DNA from: Ginglymostoma cirratum
Lineage: Eukaryota
NCBI GenBank assembly: GCA_024137785.1
Contig: JAHRHZ010000250.1
Span: 726,515 to 790,514 of the forward strand
Direction: 5' to 3'
Length of the DNA stretch: 64,000 nucleotides
Below, in pieces: positions 62,475 through 64,000 of the stretch. The notes beneath the pieces were generated by a model, which had not been told where the DNA came from, made no database searches, and saw only the letters and a list, made by a program, of their open reading frames with translations. The first letter of the stretch is position 1. Every line of letters begins with the position of its first letter. The position numbers were made by a program, and so were the translations under genes.

Positions 62475-63112
62475 ACAATGAACTGTGCAAACTGGAAATC
62501 AGAAACACAAACAGAAATTGCAGGAAAATCTCAGTTGGTCTGGCAGCATCTGTGGAGAGGAGTCAGAGCAAATATTTTCTATCCAGCGACCCTTTTCAGA
62601 ACTGATTGCAGCTGGATAAAGTTTTGTATATATGCTGAAGATGTGGTGGAGAAAGGGATTGAGGAGTACATGTCAGGTACAGAGGAAGCCCAGATAGAGA
62701 AAATAACAGTTGGGCATACAAAGGAATGGGTAAAGATCAGCTGGGAAAGCCTGGACCTTCTCTTATGTCCTTATGCAGATACTCACAGAACAGGTCTTGT
62801 TACCACAAGAACTTCTACCACAACCCATTGTCAGCTATTTATGATCCCTATTAGCAGCTATTGATTCTCCCTGTCTGACCTTTACCCATTCCTTTGTCTA
62901 CCTAACTGTCGTCATCTCGCTTTTGGCTTCATTTCCACCAATTATTTACTCATCACCCTTACTCAGAACCCCTCTTCTATACATATACCAACTTTTTCCT
63001 AGCTACAATCCGTTCTAAAGATGAATCACTGAACAAGAAGAAGTGTTTACTTTTCTTTCTCTCCACAGATGCTGCCAGACCTGCTGACTTTTTCCAGAAA
63101 TTTCCGTTTGTG
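62475..63112. mobile_element. Older Penelope-type inverted pair (family B)
   Basis: GGTCTGGCAGCATCTGTGGAGAG (about 62537) and CTCTCCACAGATGCTGCCAGACC (about 63059) are reverse complements; arms are about 250 bp and diverged. Confidence 0.65.
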
Positions 63113-63859
63113 CAGAGGTACATTCCTCATATTAGCTGAAGGGTTCACATTCTCACACTCAACCATTGCCTGAAGTCGCTGCTGATCATCACTTTCCAAT
63201 GAGACAGCAGCCTATAAGGCATTGCCAAACGTTTCACTCAATTTCAATTAAATTAACGAAGTAAATTTTATGGCAACAAGAGGGTGTCCACAAACTCCTT
63301 AAAACTACTTGACTTCTAAAAAAGAAAGAAAAAAAGTAGGCATTCCATTGAATGCAGACCACATTCCTGGCTGAGTGTGCCCCGAATTACAGTCAGTAAA
63401 CTTCAATTGTGTCAGGACAAAATAGCACACTTCATTGTTATGCCACACAGTGCTCTAACATTAACTTCATCCATCACCAATGCACTCCTTCAGCAGTGTG
63501 TACCATACAAAAGTCACAATGCAGCGTCTCAAAAAACATCCTTGACCTGTATTTTCCAAACTCACAACCTTTATGATCCAGAAAGTGACTGGGAGCAAAC
63601 ACATGCTTACCTAATGCCTTCCACATTTGTTCCAAGCCTAACATTATCAGCGTCCTACTATTGCTTTGTGTTGCTGAATCAAAATCCTGGAATTGTCTTG
63701 CAATAACATTGTAATTATTATTTCAGGCGTTAGGCTGATTTATAAACACATTGACATGTAAAGTGCAATGTTGTGAAAAGACCAATTATAATCAATTTAT
63801 GTCCAAATGAATAATCTTTGTAATGAAGCAAAGTCGTCTAGATATTGAGGTGGAGGATT

Positions 63860-64000
63860 ACTTCCCTTATGTTGCATATTGAAATGAGAGTCTGCTCTCT
63901 TAATTGTGTCTGGCCTACATGTGACTCCAGGTCTAATCAATACGATTGATAGTTAACTCCGTCTGAAATGGCCTCGTAAACCATTCAGTTCTAGCTCACT
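63860..64000 (+). mobile_element. Deu-type SINE fragment
   Basis: GTCTGGCCTACATGTGACTCCAG...CTGAAATGGCCT..AAACCATTCAGTT. Confidence 0.6.

Larger units (their letters stand above)
49339..64000 (+). repeat. Tandem duplication unit 3 (probably continues past the window end)
   Basis: Colinear with units 1 and 2 up to at least about 62750. Confidence 0.85.

Noticed and set aside
5460-64000. Protocadherin constant exons or Pcdh pseudogene relics in the intergenic regions
   Set aside because: No PDWRYS/DWRFSQ-type peptides or cadherin motifs were seen outside the three ORFs. This was checked by eye only, so small exons could be missed.

Overview
Eukaryotic, AT-rich genomic DNA from a cartilaginous fish. 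The SINE and Penelope repertoire points to a shark, probably a carpet shark; this is inferred from the repeats alone. The window lies inside a clustered protocadherin (cPcdh) locus. Three intact, paralogous ORFs of about 796 aa on the + strand (3069-5459, 26383-28773, 49646-52033) each encode a signal peptide, six cadherin repeats, a TM segment and a short cytoplasmic tail. Each has its own promoter with a CGCT-core CSE/CTCF-type element followed by CCAAT. The genes sit in tandem units of about 23.3 kb that were duplicated together with their intergenic DNA and then received different insertions: CR1, L2 and RTE LINEs, Deu-type and HE1-type SINEs, two Gypsy-type relics (one clearly Gmr1-like, with a SCAN-like gag and integrase before RT), a solo LTR, and many short Penelope-type insertions. 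The Penelope-type insertions are often inverted, TSD-flanked and carry minimal hammerhead ribozyme motifs. Main points of interest: (1) the genes look like single-exon, constant-exon-independent (Pcdh-beta-like) genes; (2) mosaic gene conversion includes EC2; (3) promoter spacing is almost identical despite different TE content; (4) a hotspot of hammerhead-bearing fold-back elements. Most other ORFs in the track are TE debris or shadow frames. All comparisons were made by eye and repeat boundaries are approximate.
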